A DNA stretch of 64,000 nt. It comes from a bacterium (GTDB lineage Bacteria > Lernaellota > Lernaellaia > Lernaellales > Lernaellaceae). Below, piece after piece: positions 1 through 8,449 of the stretch. How positions within the stretch are numbered: position 1 is the stretch's first letter; each line of letters opens with the position of its first letter. The stretch is from positions 28,044 to 92,043 of the forward strand of contig DAIMDW010000021.1 of the NCBI GenBank assembly GCA_036725605.1. The letters run 5' to 3'. A model generated the notes under the pieces. It saw only the letters and a list, made by a program, of their open reading frames with translations. It was not told the origin of the DNA and made no database searches. The position numbers were made by a program, and so were the translations under genes.

Positions 1-2
1 CG

Positions 3-602
3 ATCAACCACAAAACCTATGACTTTCATACCGTTCAATACCGTTTCAACCTGGTACAAATGCTGCCTAAAGATCTAAACGTGACCGCCATGCTCATGCC
101 GGCAATCGCTTCCGATTTCGAAGGTTTTTCGCGAGGCGACGTTCGCGCCAATTCCGGCGTTCTTTTCGGTTACCGCCCTGTGGAAAACCTGAATATTCAG
201 TTCGGCGTGGTCTATTTGAGCAACTTCGGAGAAGACATGATCCTCCCTATGTTCGGGCTGCAATACAAAACCGAACACTGGCGAATACTGGCGAATCTAC
301 CGGCCATAATGGAATTTTGGTATGTACCCCTCGATTTCCTGGAACTGGGCATAAATGCACGGCTGGAAGGGAACCAATTCCATATGCATCAGGACGATAT
401 GGAAGTGGACTATTTCCGGCAATCGATGTTCAACCTGGGCCCGGCATTACGCGCCTATCCCTTCAAAGGGCTTTTCGTGCAGATATGGGGCGGTACAACA
501 GCCTACCGAAGGTTGGAGACTTTCAAAGACGATCAGCGCACTTTTGACCTGTCACCCGAGCCCAATTGGTTTGTGAGTGCCGGCTTGGGATACGGGCTGT
601 AG
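3..602 (+). CDS. Outer-membrane beta-barrel protein (DUF6268-like), 5' end outside the window
   Basis: Frame is open back to base 3; alternating amphipathic beta-strands; C-terminal WFVSAGLGYGL barrel-type strand. Confidence 0.5.
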   Translation: MNHKTYDFHTVQYRFNLVQMLPKDLNVTAMLMPAIASDFEGFSRGDVRANSGVLFGYRPVENLNIQFGVVYLSNFGEDMILPMFGLQYKTEHWRILANLPAIMEFWYVPLDFLELGINARLEGNQFHMHQDDMEVDYFRQSMFNLGPALRAYPFKGLFVQIWGGTTAYRRLETFKDDQRTFDLSPEPNWFVSAGLGYGL

Positions 603-728
603 CCGTAAAAATTACAGGATAAAAACTTCGAATACGACCCAACGTTGCAGAATCTGATGTATGCTTAAGTTTCGGAATCAATTATGATAGTTTCCGGACC
701 TTCCAAAGCAAATAGTCAAGAGGATCCA

Positions 729-2099
729 ATGAGCCCTTTTCACATAAAAAAACTCTCCATACCGGTTCTCATTTTTCTTTGCGCTGTGGGGCTGATCTTC
801 GTCGCCCTTGCGTTATGGCGATCCCATCTCCACGGGGATCCGGCCTCATGCGGGGCGTGCCACTTGATGGAAGCTCCGGTTCACGGATGGAGCCAAGGCG
901 TTCATCAGGAGGTTGCCTGCCTCAAATGCCATGAGCCGGATCCCGGCCGGGAGATTACGCATCTGCTGAGTACGATAACGGGCAAGACCGAAAAGCCGGA
1001 ATGCTTGCGGGTCTCCCCTGAGCAATGCACAAAATGCCATGCGGTCAATCCGCGGTGGGCGGGGATCGCGGCTGTTGCGGATGCTCCGCGCAACGGCGAC
1101 TCGCCCTTTAGCGACCTGTCCGTTGTCGCAAACGCCCACCTTATACGAAGCGATTGCCAACACTGCCATGATCACACCGCCCACAGGTCCGCCGAGCTTA
1201 CGGCCACTTCGATTCCCGATGGAAAGATCGCCCTCGACGGGCGTTTGGACGAACCGGCCTGGCAAGAAACCCGGCCGCTTATCGTGCCGATCATGGGCGG
1301 AAACGCCATCGGCAGAATCAACGTCGAACTGCGGGCTTTACATACCGGCAAGGAACTTGTCCTGGCGGCTCGATGGCCGGATTCCCGGGACGATGCCGAA
1401 AAGGCGATGTGGAAGATGGGTTCGGACGGCAGGTGGCATACCCTCGGCGTAAAACGCGCCGGGGAGGCTGGGAACGAAGACCGTGTGATGTTTTTCTGGA
1501 ATGTCGATATGCCCGGTTTTGAAAAAGAGGGCTGTCTCGTGGCTTGCCACATGGCGGTAAGCGCCGCGAAATACCTGGAATCTCCCGGGATGGGTGATAC
1601 CTGGCACTGGAAAGCCGCACGGAGCAACCCCGCCGGATATTGCGATGACAAATATATCAACCATATTCGTGAAGGCGGGGACGGCGGCCGTCACGGCGAC
1701 TTTGTAAAATCCGAAAAAGGGACGCAATCTAACGTAAACGCAGCGGGTGACGGCCCCATGTTCATGCCCGACCCGAAGATAGCGCGGCCTGATCCCCGCT
1801 TTTTGTTCAAGGAAAACGCTATTCCGATTCCACCGGGCGCCTCATGGCCGGCCGGAACCCGCATTCCCGGATATGTGCTCTCCCGCCCTGACGGAAGCCG
1901 CGGCGACGTAAGCGCCAAAGGCCGGTGGGAAGACGGATTTTGGACCGTCGAATTTCGCCGCGCCCTCGTTACAGGGCATCGGGACGACGTCGCCTTTGAC
2001 GATCTGAAGAAGACCTATCTTTTTGCCCTGGCCGCATCGGACAATGCTTCCGGAGCGGAGCATTCTTTTTCAGGATTGTTGAGACTGCGTTTTAAGTGA
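729..2099 (+). CDS. Membrane-anchored multiheme c cytochrome (NapC/NirT-like N-terminus) fused to an ethylbenzene-dehydrogenase-gamma-like (DOMON/EB_dh) heme domain
   Basis: N-terminal TM helix; CxxCH x4 (CGACH, CLKCH, CTKCH, CQHCH); EB_dh motifs DG.LDE.AW, EDR...FW, CLVACH, D.WHWKA.R, KGRWEDGFWTVEF.R.L; ATG at 729 follows AGGA (684 is the alternative start). Confidence 0.75.
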   Translation: MSPFHIKKLSIPVLIFLCAVGLIFVALALWRSHLHGDPASCGACHLMEAPVHGWSQGVHQEVACLKCHEPDPGREITHLLSTITGKTEKPECLRVSPEQCTKCHAVNPRWAGIAAVADAPRNGDSPFSDLSVVANAHLIRSDCQHCHDHTAHRSAELTATSIPDGKIALDGRLDEPAWQETRPLIVPIMGGNAIGRINVELRALHTGKELVLAARWPDSRDDAEKAMWKMGSDGRWHTLGVKRAGEAGNEDRVMFFWNVDMPGFEKEGCLVACHMAVSAAKYLESPGMGDTWHWKAARSNPAGYCDDKYINHIREGGDGGRHGDFVKSEKGTQSNVNAAGDGPMFMPDPKIARPDPRFLFKENAIPIPPGASWPAGTRIPGYVLSRPDGSRGDVSAKGRWEDGFWTVEFRRALVTGHRDDVAFDDLKKTYLFALAASDNASGAEHSFSGLLRLRFK

Positions 2100-2222
2100 T
2101 CCGAGAATCCTATCGGTCTAAATGTCCATACGCACCTTGCCCCGAATACTTGGAGAAACCGGGCCGGATCGGGCGTATGACAGCCATATCCTTCTCTCAA
2201 TCAGATCTGCCGTGTTAAGGCA

Positions 2223-2834
2223 TCAAATCTTTTTTCCATAAGCCCAATAAAGATCCTGTTTGTCCGTCACTTTCACCAGGCCGAAACCCTTTGATCCCAA
2301 CATGGACGCCATTTGCGGGCCGGCGGGAAGTCGATCGTGTTTCACCGGTCCGCCGTAACCATGGTGGAATGAATTGATCAGCTCGGAGCCTTCCAGGTGA
2401 AAAACGAACAAGGAACCGCCCGCGGCCAGGACGCGATGCATTTCCCGAAGGGCCCGCTGCTGGTCGTCAAAATGCGGAAAGGCGGAAAAACAAAGGACGG
2501 CGTCGAAATATCCGTCGGCAAAGGGCGCCCTTTCAACGTCGCCTTCCACAAAGCGGGCATTTTCGGCAAATCCCTTTTCCGTGGCTTGCCGTACCATTTT
2601 CGGCGAAACGTCCAAACCGACGACAAGCCCCTTCGGGCCGACCACCCGGAGAATATGGGGCGTTAAGACGCCGGTGCCGCAACCCACATCCAGAACTTTG
2701 GCGCCCGGTTTTAGATTCAAATCCATCACCAGCGGCCCGATCCTTGCCGATTGTTCGCCCCGGTAGTTGGTTTTGTCCCATCGCCCTGCGTGATGATCGA
2801 AAAAGGATTTCTTGTCGTTATCCGAAGGGGGCAT
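2223..2834 (-). CDS. Class I SAM-dependent methyltransferase (UbiE/Methyltransf_11-like)
   Basis: VLDVGCGTG motif I, GLDVS motif II, FDAVLC. Confidence 0.85.
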   Translation of the reverse strand: MPPSDNDKKSFFDHHAGRWDKTNYRGEQSARIGPLVMDLNLKPGAKVLDVGCGTGVLTPHILRVVGPKGLVVGLDVSPKMVRQATEKGFAENARFVEGDVERAPFADGYFDAVLCFSAFPHFDDQQRALREMHRVLAAGGSLFVFHLEGSELINSFHHGYGGPVKHDRLPAGPQMASMLGSKGFGLVKVTDKQDLYWAYGKKI

Positions 2835-2861
2835 TTTTTAATGTTCCCTGTAAGTTGCAGC

Positions 2862-3410
2862 CTATGGCCTGGGTTTTTTCTCTATCTCTTTTTGTATCCG
2901 GTCCATCCAATCCGGAACCGTCGGATTTTCCACCCCGTAATAGCTTTTCACATAGGGCTTCATGTCGATAATGGGACTCCCATCCACGGCTTCCAGGCCC
3001 TTCACCTTAAGCACGTTTCCGTTTCTTTCAAGAAGCCGGACTGCGGTCACCAAAACCGGGTTGGGCCTTGCCGGGCTGCAAGTCCCGAAGATTCCCTGCA
3101 AGGGCAGTTCTTTCCTTCCCATGGGGTGTACTTTTTTCAGTTTTCTCCGTTTCGGATCGATCATATGGGGCCAATACAAAACAAGAATGTGCGAAAAGCC
3201 TTCGATGCCGTCCAGCAGTTCGCCCCATTGATCGAAAATGATCAATTCGGCCACGTTGTTTCTGATGGTTTCCTGGTGTTTTCGTATCCGATCCATACGC
3301 TCGGTCAACTCCAGGTCCGAATCGCCGGCATGGAGAATGGGAGTCTTGATTTCGCTCTTTACGAATCCGATCGGCGTAAGTTCCACTTTAGAAAGACTGT
3401 CGGTTCCCAT
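2862..3410 (-). CDS. trmO: TrmO/TsaA (YaeB)-family SAM-binding protein, tRNA m6t6A37 methyltransferase family
   Basis: PIGFV, LDGIEGFSHILVLYW, GIFGTCSPARPNP, GLEAVDGSPIIDMKPY family motifs. Confidence 0.85.
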   Translation of the reverse strand: MGTDSLSKVELTPIGFVKSEIKTPILHAGDSDLELTERMDRIRKHQETIRNNVAELIIFDQWGELLDGIEGFSHILVLYWPHMIDPKRRKLKKVHPMGRKELPLQGIFGTCSPARPNPVLVTAVRLLERNGNVLKVKGLEAVDGSPIIDMKPYVKSYYGVENPTVPDWMDRIQKEIEKKPRP

Positions 3411-3449
3411 GTCCGGATCTCCTCACAAAGGGTTGCGTTTTACGCGCTT

Positions 3450-4541
3450 TTAAAAAGGAGCCTTCCTGCCGATGACGCCGTAGCTTTTCTTCATTCGCGG
3501 ATAAACGGAAGCTCCTACCAAAAAAGCGTATATTTCATCGGACTTTTTCTCAAGATCCACGTCCGCAAACCGCTCGGGGTATAAAATCTTTCCGACGGCA
3601 TAAGCGTCTGCCAGCGCGGTGCCGATGTTGGTCGTGTAAAAATTAAAAGGAAAAAGCAAAAAGACCTTTTGCCGCGAAAAGGCTTTCAATGCCTTGTAGT
3701 ATTCCGGCTTTTTACGATAGTCCCCGGTCAGCCTGTTCAGGCCGCCGCCGTCGATGAAAATGATATCCGGATTCAGTTTCAGCAGCATTTCCTTGTCCAT
3801 AAAAACGTGGCTGCCGATGCTGGGCTTGACCTGTTGAGCGACGTTCCTTGCGCAGGTCCAGTCAAAGGGAGCGAAATGTTGCTCCGTACTTTCAATGCCT
3901 TGCGAACCCCGGTATCCGACGCCGCCGATATACACCGACGGCTTCGAAGCCGTGGGGATATCCCGGGTCCGTTTTTGCAAGTCGCTACGAAGGGATTCGA
4001 TATAAGACACGACCTCATCGGCCCTTTTTTCCCGATGCAATATTTTCCCGGCAATGCCAAGGGCATCGTAAACCGTCTCGTCGAAGGTGGCAAATTTGCC
4101 GTAGCTTAAAACAACCACGGGAATCCCCAGCGTCCTTTGCACTTCATCGGCCAGTTCGCCGTCCATGTAGGTGATGAATACGACCTGGGGATTGACCGAC
4201 AAAACGGCCTCCAAGTCCGGCTTTTTATTGATGCTTGCAGGGCCGCCGGGACCGCAGCGCGGCAGCTTGCCCAATTCGGGATGGGCGATCCAATAAGGCC
4301 GCCCGCCGGGATTCATCTTTTCCATGTCCTCGACGCCGGCGACCTTCGATGCGGCTTGAAGATAGACGATCAGCCGCAAGGTTCCCGGCCCGATGCAAAT
4401 GATCCTATCGGGATCAAAGGGCGCCGTCACCTGCCGCCCGGCCATGTCCGTCACCGTAACCGTCTTCGTTTCCGAAGCTGCGGCGCACAGGTTTGATGCC
4501 AGTAAAAAAAGCACCGCCCAAAGAAGGATTCTTTTCAACAT
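3450..4541 (-). CDS. Metal-chelate (Fe-siderophore/cobalamin-type) ABC transporter periplasmic binding protein
   Basis: Signal peptide; VTDMAGRQV, DLEAVLSVNPQVVF, EMLLKLNPDIIF class III SBP motifs. Confidence 0.85.
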   Translation of the reverse strand: MLKRILLWAVLFLLASNLCAAASETKTVTVTDMAGRQVTAPFDPDRIICIGPGTLRLIVYLQAASKVAGVEDMEKMNPGGRPYWIAHPELGKLPRCGPGGPASINKKPDLEAVLSVNPQVVFITYMDGELADEVQRTLGIPVVVLSYGKFATFDETVYDALGIAGKILHREKRADEVVSYIESLRSDLQKRTRDIPTASKPSVYIGGVGYRGSQGIESTEQHFAPFDWTCARNVAQQVKPSIGSHVFMDKEMLLKLNPDIIFIDGGGLNRLTGDYRKKPEYYKALKAFSRQKVFLLFPFNFYTTNIGTALADAYAVGKILYPERFADVDLEKKSDEIYAFLVGASVYPRMKKSYGVIGRKAPF

Positions 4542-4554
4542 GCCTCCCCTGCCG

Positions 4555-5307
4555 TCAACGCGGCACGACCACCGTGTGCCCCTCGACTTCCCGCAAGGTC
4601 ACGTCAACGCCGTAAACCGCGCGGATCGTTTCCGTGTCAAGACCTTTTCGCTCGACAACCGAATGGATCTTTTGATCCTTTAAAAACAGAAAGCTGTCGG
4701 CAAACCTCGCCGCCATGTTCAAATCGTGAATGGCGATAACCGCCGACAGCCCCCGGGTTTTAACGATCTCTCGGATGATTCCCATAACTTCCAGTTGATT
4801 TTTCAGATCCAGATTGCTCGTCGGCTCGTCCAGAAGCAGAATTTCCGGCGACTGGGCGAGCGCCCTTGCAATCACCACCTTTTGCAGTTCTCCGCCGCTC
4901 AGATTCGTTACGCGGCGCATGGCCAGATGCCCGAGACCCAGTTGCCGGACGGTATCTTCCGCCGCGTCATAGTCTTTGGTCCCCATGCCCCATCGGATGT
5001 GGGGTTTGCGCCCCATCAGCACCGTTTCGAAAACCGTCAGGCCCGAATCCGGGTGACGCTGCGGAACATACCCCATGCGCCGCGCCACCTTGTTTTGGGA
5101 CAAGCGCATCAGGTTTTCCTCATTCACCAGCACCGATCCTCTTTGGGGCTTGAGGATCCGGTTCAGGCACTTGAGCAAAGTCGATTTACCGGCGCCGTTA
5201 ACGCCCAGAACGCACATGATCCGCCCTTGATCCAAAGTGAAACTCACATCCGACAACACGGGCCGGCTGTGATAGGCAAAGTCGATATTTGCGACCCGGA
5301 GTTTCAT
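4555..5307 (-). CDS. ABC transporter ATP-binding protein (FepC/FecE-like)
   Basis: Walker A GVNGAGKS, LSGGELQ signature, LLLDEPTSNLD Walker B, H-loop. Confidence 0.92.
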   Translation of the reverse strand: MKLRVANIDFAYHSRPVLSDVSFTLDQGRIMCVLGVNGAGKSTLLKCLNRILKPQRGSVLVNEENLMRLSQNKVARRMGYVPQRHPDSGLTVFETVLMGRKPHIRWGMGTKDYDAAEDTVRQLGLGHLAMRRVTNLSGGELQKVVIARALAQSPEILLLDEPTSNLDLKNQLEVMGIIREIVKTRGLSAVIAIHDLNMAARFADSFLFLKDQKIHSVVERKGLDTETIRAVYGVDVTLREVEGHTVVVPR

Positions 5308-6329
5308 TTGTAACCCCGGATCAGCAGATATAGAAACATCGGCGCGCCTAAAAACGAAGTGATCACACCCACCGGCAAGGCGCCGGACCCGATGAGCACG
5401 CGGCCCAGCGTATCCGCCGAAAGCAACAGCAAAGCGCCCAACACCGAAGAAAAAGGAATCAACAGGCTATGATTTTCACCCACCAGGCGGCGTGCCATAT
5501 GGGGAGCGATCAATCCCACAAAAGCGATTACGCCGTGAAAAGCGGTGGCCAAAGCCGCGATGAATGCCGCCGTGATCATGCCGTAAAGCCTGATCCCGTC
5601 AACGTTGACTCCCAGCCCCTTGGCCGTTTCCTCGCCCGAGGACATGGCGTTTAGGTCCCATCGCAAAACCGTCAGATAGAGGTAGGCGAGAAAAGTCGCC
5701 CCCGCCATTGTGATAATTTCCATCCAACCGGAACGGGCCACGTCGCCGAAGGTCCAGAAAACCACCATGGCCAGCTCGGTTTCCGTGGCCAGGTATTGGA
5801 TCAGGATGGTTGCCGAAGCAAAAAGGGAAGCCAGGGCGACGCCGGCCAGGATGATCGCTTCCGACGACAACTTTCTAAGCCGGGCGAGAATAAGAATAAT
5901 AAAGGTCGCTCCCATGGAGCCGCAAAAGGCGAAGGCCGTTACCGTAAAAATCTTTGCGCCGAAAACGACGATGGACAAAGCGGCGCCGAAAGCCGCGCCC
6001 TGGCTGATCCCCAATGTCGAAGGAGAACCGAGGGGATTTTTCAGCAGGGACTGAATGCAAAGGCCGGAAAGAGAAAGCCCCCAACCGCAAACGATGGCGG
6101 CCACGATGCGCGGCAGGCGGATGTTGAGGATCACCACGCCTGAAGCGCCGTCGGCACTGCCGAAAAGAGCATAGAGCACCTTCGTTATCGAGATCTCGTA
6201 GGCTCCCCGGGTAACGGCAAAAATCGCTACGATCAGCACAATGACCCACAGCACGAGGAGCATAACGGCCTTTCGTTTAAAATCCTCGGCGTAGGCCGCT
6301 CGAATTAAATGGCTACCCTTTTTCATCAT
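5304..6329 (-). CDS. FecCD/BtuC-family ABC permease
   Basis: IRLPRIVAA, NPLGSPSTLGISQGA, FVGLIAPHMARRLVG, LPVGVITSFLGAP motifs. Confidence 0.92.
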   Translation of the reverse strand: MMKKGSHLIRAAYAEDFKRKAVMLLVLWVIVLIVAIFAVTRGAYEISITKVLYALFGSADGASGVVILNIRLPRIVAAIVCGWGLSLSGLCIQSLLKNPLGSPSTLGISQGAAFGAALSIVVFGAKIFTVTAFAFCGSMGATFIILILARLRKLSSEAIILAGVALASLFASATILIQYLATETELAMVVFWTFGDVARSGWMEIITMAGATFLAYLYLTVLRWDLNAMSSGEETAKGLGVNVDGIRLYGMITAAFIAALATAFHGVIAFVGLIAPHMARRLVGENHSLLIPFSSVLGALLLLSADTLGRVLIGSGALPVGVITSFLGAPMFLYLLIRGYK

Positions 6330-6345
6330 TTCCGCTGTTTTGCCT

Positions 6346-7014
6346 TTACAAGCCGATCTGTGCCAAACCCGTTATCTCCGTCGCGGTGACGGATAATTCG
6401 TCGGGATAGCGATCGGCATAATAGGCGGTGGCCTGGATCGTTTCCGGAGCGGCTCCCGCCCCGGTCATAAGGACCGTCGAACCTTCGAGATCCAGATCTT
6501 CGATATCGACAGAAAAAATAAAACGGCCGCTTTGCGTCATATCCGCTTGCAAGGATTGGGGAGGGCTCGAAACGTTCCAGTGGCATCCGTCGTGCTTGTC
6601 TTTGGCGCTGGAGCAGTCGCAACTCCACCAATAAACCTCGTGTTCCCTTAACATGACCGTGTGACTGACGACGTTTTTATCGGGATGAAAAAGGTACACC
6701 TCAATATAGGCATTTTCCGCGTCATAGGCCTTCTCGAACTCCAGATCCATTTCAAGAGTTTTTTCGTCCGCCCGATACCAAAGCTGGACAATATCCGTCT
6801 CGTCGCTGCTCGAATCCCCGACAGGATCGCCCGCTTCATCCACCGCGGTCCAATCCCCGGCGTCGTTATTGTCGTCGTCGTCATCGTCGCTTTGGCCGTT
6901 TTCGTCTCCATTATCGGAATCGTCGCTTTGGTCATCGCCGTCATCGCAAGCAGCGACGAAAAAACAGGAAAGGATAAACGCGATAAGCATCAATAAAATC
7001 AGTTTAAATTTCAT
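6346..7014 (-). CDS. Lipoprotein with acidic (Asp-rich) N-terminal linker, unknown function
   Basis: Lipobox FVAAC followed by DDGDDQSDDSD...DDDDDD, then a globular domain; first gene of the minus-strand operon. Confidence 0.75.
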   Translation of the reverse strand: MKFKLILLMLIAFILSCFFVAACDDGDDQSDDSDNGDENGQSDDDDDDNNDAGDWTAVDEAGDPVGDSSSDETDIVQLWYRADEKTLEMDLEFEKAYDAENAYIEVYLFHPDKNVVSHTVMLREHEVYWWSCDCSSAKDKHDGCHWNVSSPPQSLQADMTQSGRFIFSVDIEDLDLEGSTVLMTGAGAAPETIQATAYYADRYPDELSVTATEITGLAQIGL

Positions 7015-7181
7015 GTCGCAACCTCCATAGTCTCACTTGCCCTTCCCTTTGGATTGCCTTTAAAAGGGCCTGTCATTTTAACCATCCGCCGTTTGGGAAA
7101 TAAGACGGGCACGCTTCACCTTTATTTTTCCTGGGATATTTTGCCCGACAAGACCGGAAGCCGGATCTTTGGCCCCAAGCG

Positions 7182-7219
7182 GTATCACGTTTTTAAGATA
7201 TGTGCTACTGCCCTGTCAA
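7182..7219 (-). promoter_or_regulatory. Sigma70-type promoter overlapped by palindromic operator GTATCAC-N13-GTGCTAC (NikR/RHH-like spacing)
   Basis: TTGACA at 7219-7214, TAAAAA 18 nt downstream; 7-13-7 inverted repeat with one mismatch at 7182-7208. Confidence 0.5.
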
Positions 7220-7311
7220 GAACAAAAGGCAATTGAAAAGCAACGATTTAGGGCTACTTAAAAAAGCGGATATTGTTTAATATCCAATTAAATTCTTAGA
7301 AAGGCGGCAAG

Positions 7312-7695
7312 ATGGGACTTATTGTGCATATCGCAGAAAAAAAGAACTGGGAGAAGGCAAAAAAGCAAGGCATCTATGCCGTGGAATCGCTTAAAAGCGA
7401 CGGTTTCATTCATTGTTCGACGATCGGGCAGGTAATGGATACTGCCAATCTTTTTTTTCCCGGCCGACAAGACCTGATCCTGTTATGCATAGACGAAAGC
7501 AAAACAAGTTCGCAGGTGAAGTACGAACCGCCCACCGGCGAAGTACCGAACAATCCTTCCGTCGAAGCGATGTTCCCTCATCTTTACGGGCCGCTCAATC
7601 TCGACGCGGTGGTCAACGTCTTTGATTTTCCGCCTGACCCGGATGGAACCTTCCAATTACCGGGCGAGGTGGCAAAGATCGAAGCCGGGCTGTAA
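7312..7695 (+). CDS. DUF952 family protein
   Basis: IVHIA..W..A...G.Y...SL..DGFIHCST, FPHLYGPLNLDAVV. Confidence 0.88.
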   Translation: MGLIVHIAEKKNWEKAKKQGIYAVESLKSDGFIHCSTIGQVMDTANLFFPGRQDLILLCIDESKTSSQVKYEPPTGEVPNNPSVEAMFPHLYGPLNLDAVVNVFDFPPDPDGTFQLPGEVAKIEAGL

Positions 7696-8102
7696 CACGA
7701 GAGACCATATGGCGCATCGTAATCCTTTGCAATGTTTTTAGCGTGTTCGGCTTTTTGCTGTTTCAATATTCGTGCGACGTCGCGGAAGATCTCTTCCGCC
7801 CGCGTTTCCAGATAGGCTTTTGCCATTAAAAATGCATCATCGGGCACAATGCTTTTAGCAACAAAGGAAAGATTAGGATAATTGGCGAAAACCAGTTCGG
7901 CAAGCGCGGCTTTTTCATCCCTGCCCCGAGTTCGACAAGCAGCCGGTCGATCCGGCGGCGCCCGCATTTGCCCTCCGAGCTTATCGGACACAACCGGGCA
8001 CTAATCTTTCGGCTATTATTTTCTTTTATAAAAACAAGGTGTTGCCTGTCAACGTCCAACCGGGATCCCAATGAATATTCAAGCGTAGGATTCATAACGC
8101 CC

Positions 8103-8132
8103 TTGACATGGGATTCGGGCTCGTTGTAAAGT
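8103..8132 (+). promoter_or_regulatory. Sigma70-type promoter of the B12 operon
   Basis: TTGACA (8103-8108), 18 nt, TAAAGT (8127-8132), immediately before the riboswitch. Confidence 0.55.
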
Positions 8133-8141
8133 TTTTGCGCT

Positions 8142-8302
8142 CGGGCCACCGTCAAGGTGCGAAAGAGGGAAGCCGGTGAAAGACCGGCGCGGTCCCGCCA
8201 CTGTGACGAGGGATGCCTGGCTCCACGATGCCACTGTCGCGCTGCAAGCGCGATGGGAAGGCGGAGCAAGGCGCTTGACCTCCAAGCCAGGAAACCTGCC
8301 CG
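8142..8302 (+). ncRNA. Cobalamin (AdoCbl) riboswitch
   Basis: Hallmark blocks AGGTGC, AGAGGGAAGCCGGTGAAAGACCGGCGCGGTCCCGCCACTGTGA, GCCACTG, GGGAAGGC, AAGCCAGGAAACCTGCC; upstream of btuB/F/D/C. Confidence 0.95.
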
Positions 8303-8412
8303 AAAGTATAACCGGACGCTCTTCGAGGCAAAGAGATCGGTCGGAATTGCTATCGGCCTTTCCCCGCACCTTTGTTTGAAGGGTGTGGGGATTGTTTTTC
8401 CCCACCCCTGAG

Positions 8413-8445
8413 ACCTCCTCGAAGGCGTCCCCAACCCGAGGAGGT
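8413..8445 (+). promoter_or_regulatory. RBS-sequestering hairpin (probable riboswitch expression platform)
   Basis: ACCTCCTCG (8413-8421) is the perfect complement of CGAGGAGGT (8437-8445), which contains the SD 4 nt before ATG 8450. Confidence 0.75.
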
Positions 8446-8449
8446 TGCG

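Noticed and set aside
7584-7991. Minus-strand 135-aa ORF
   Set aside because: Overlaps DUF952 and has no clear start or family motif; at most a gene fragment at about 7690-7900
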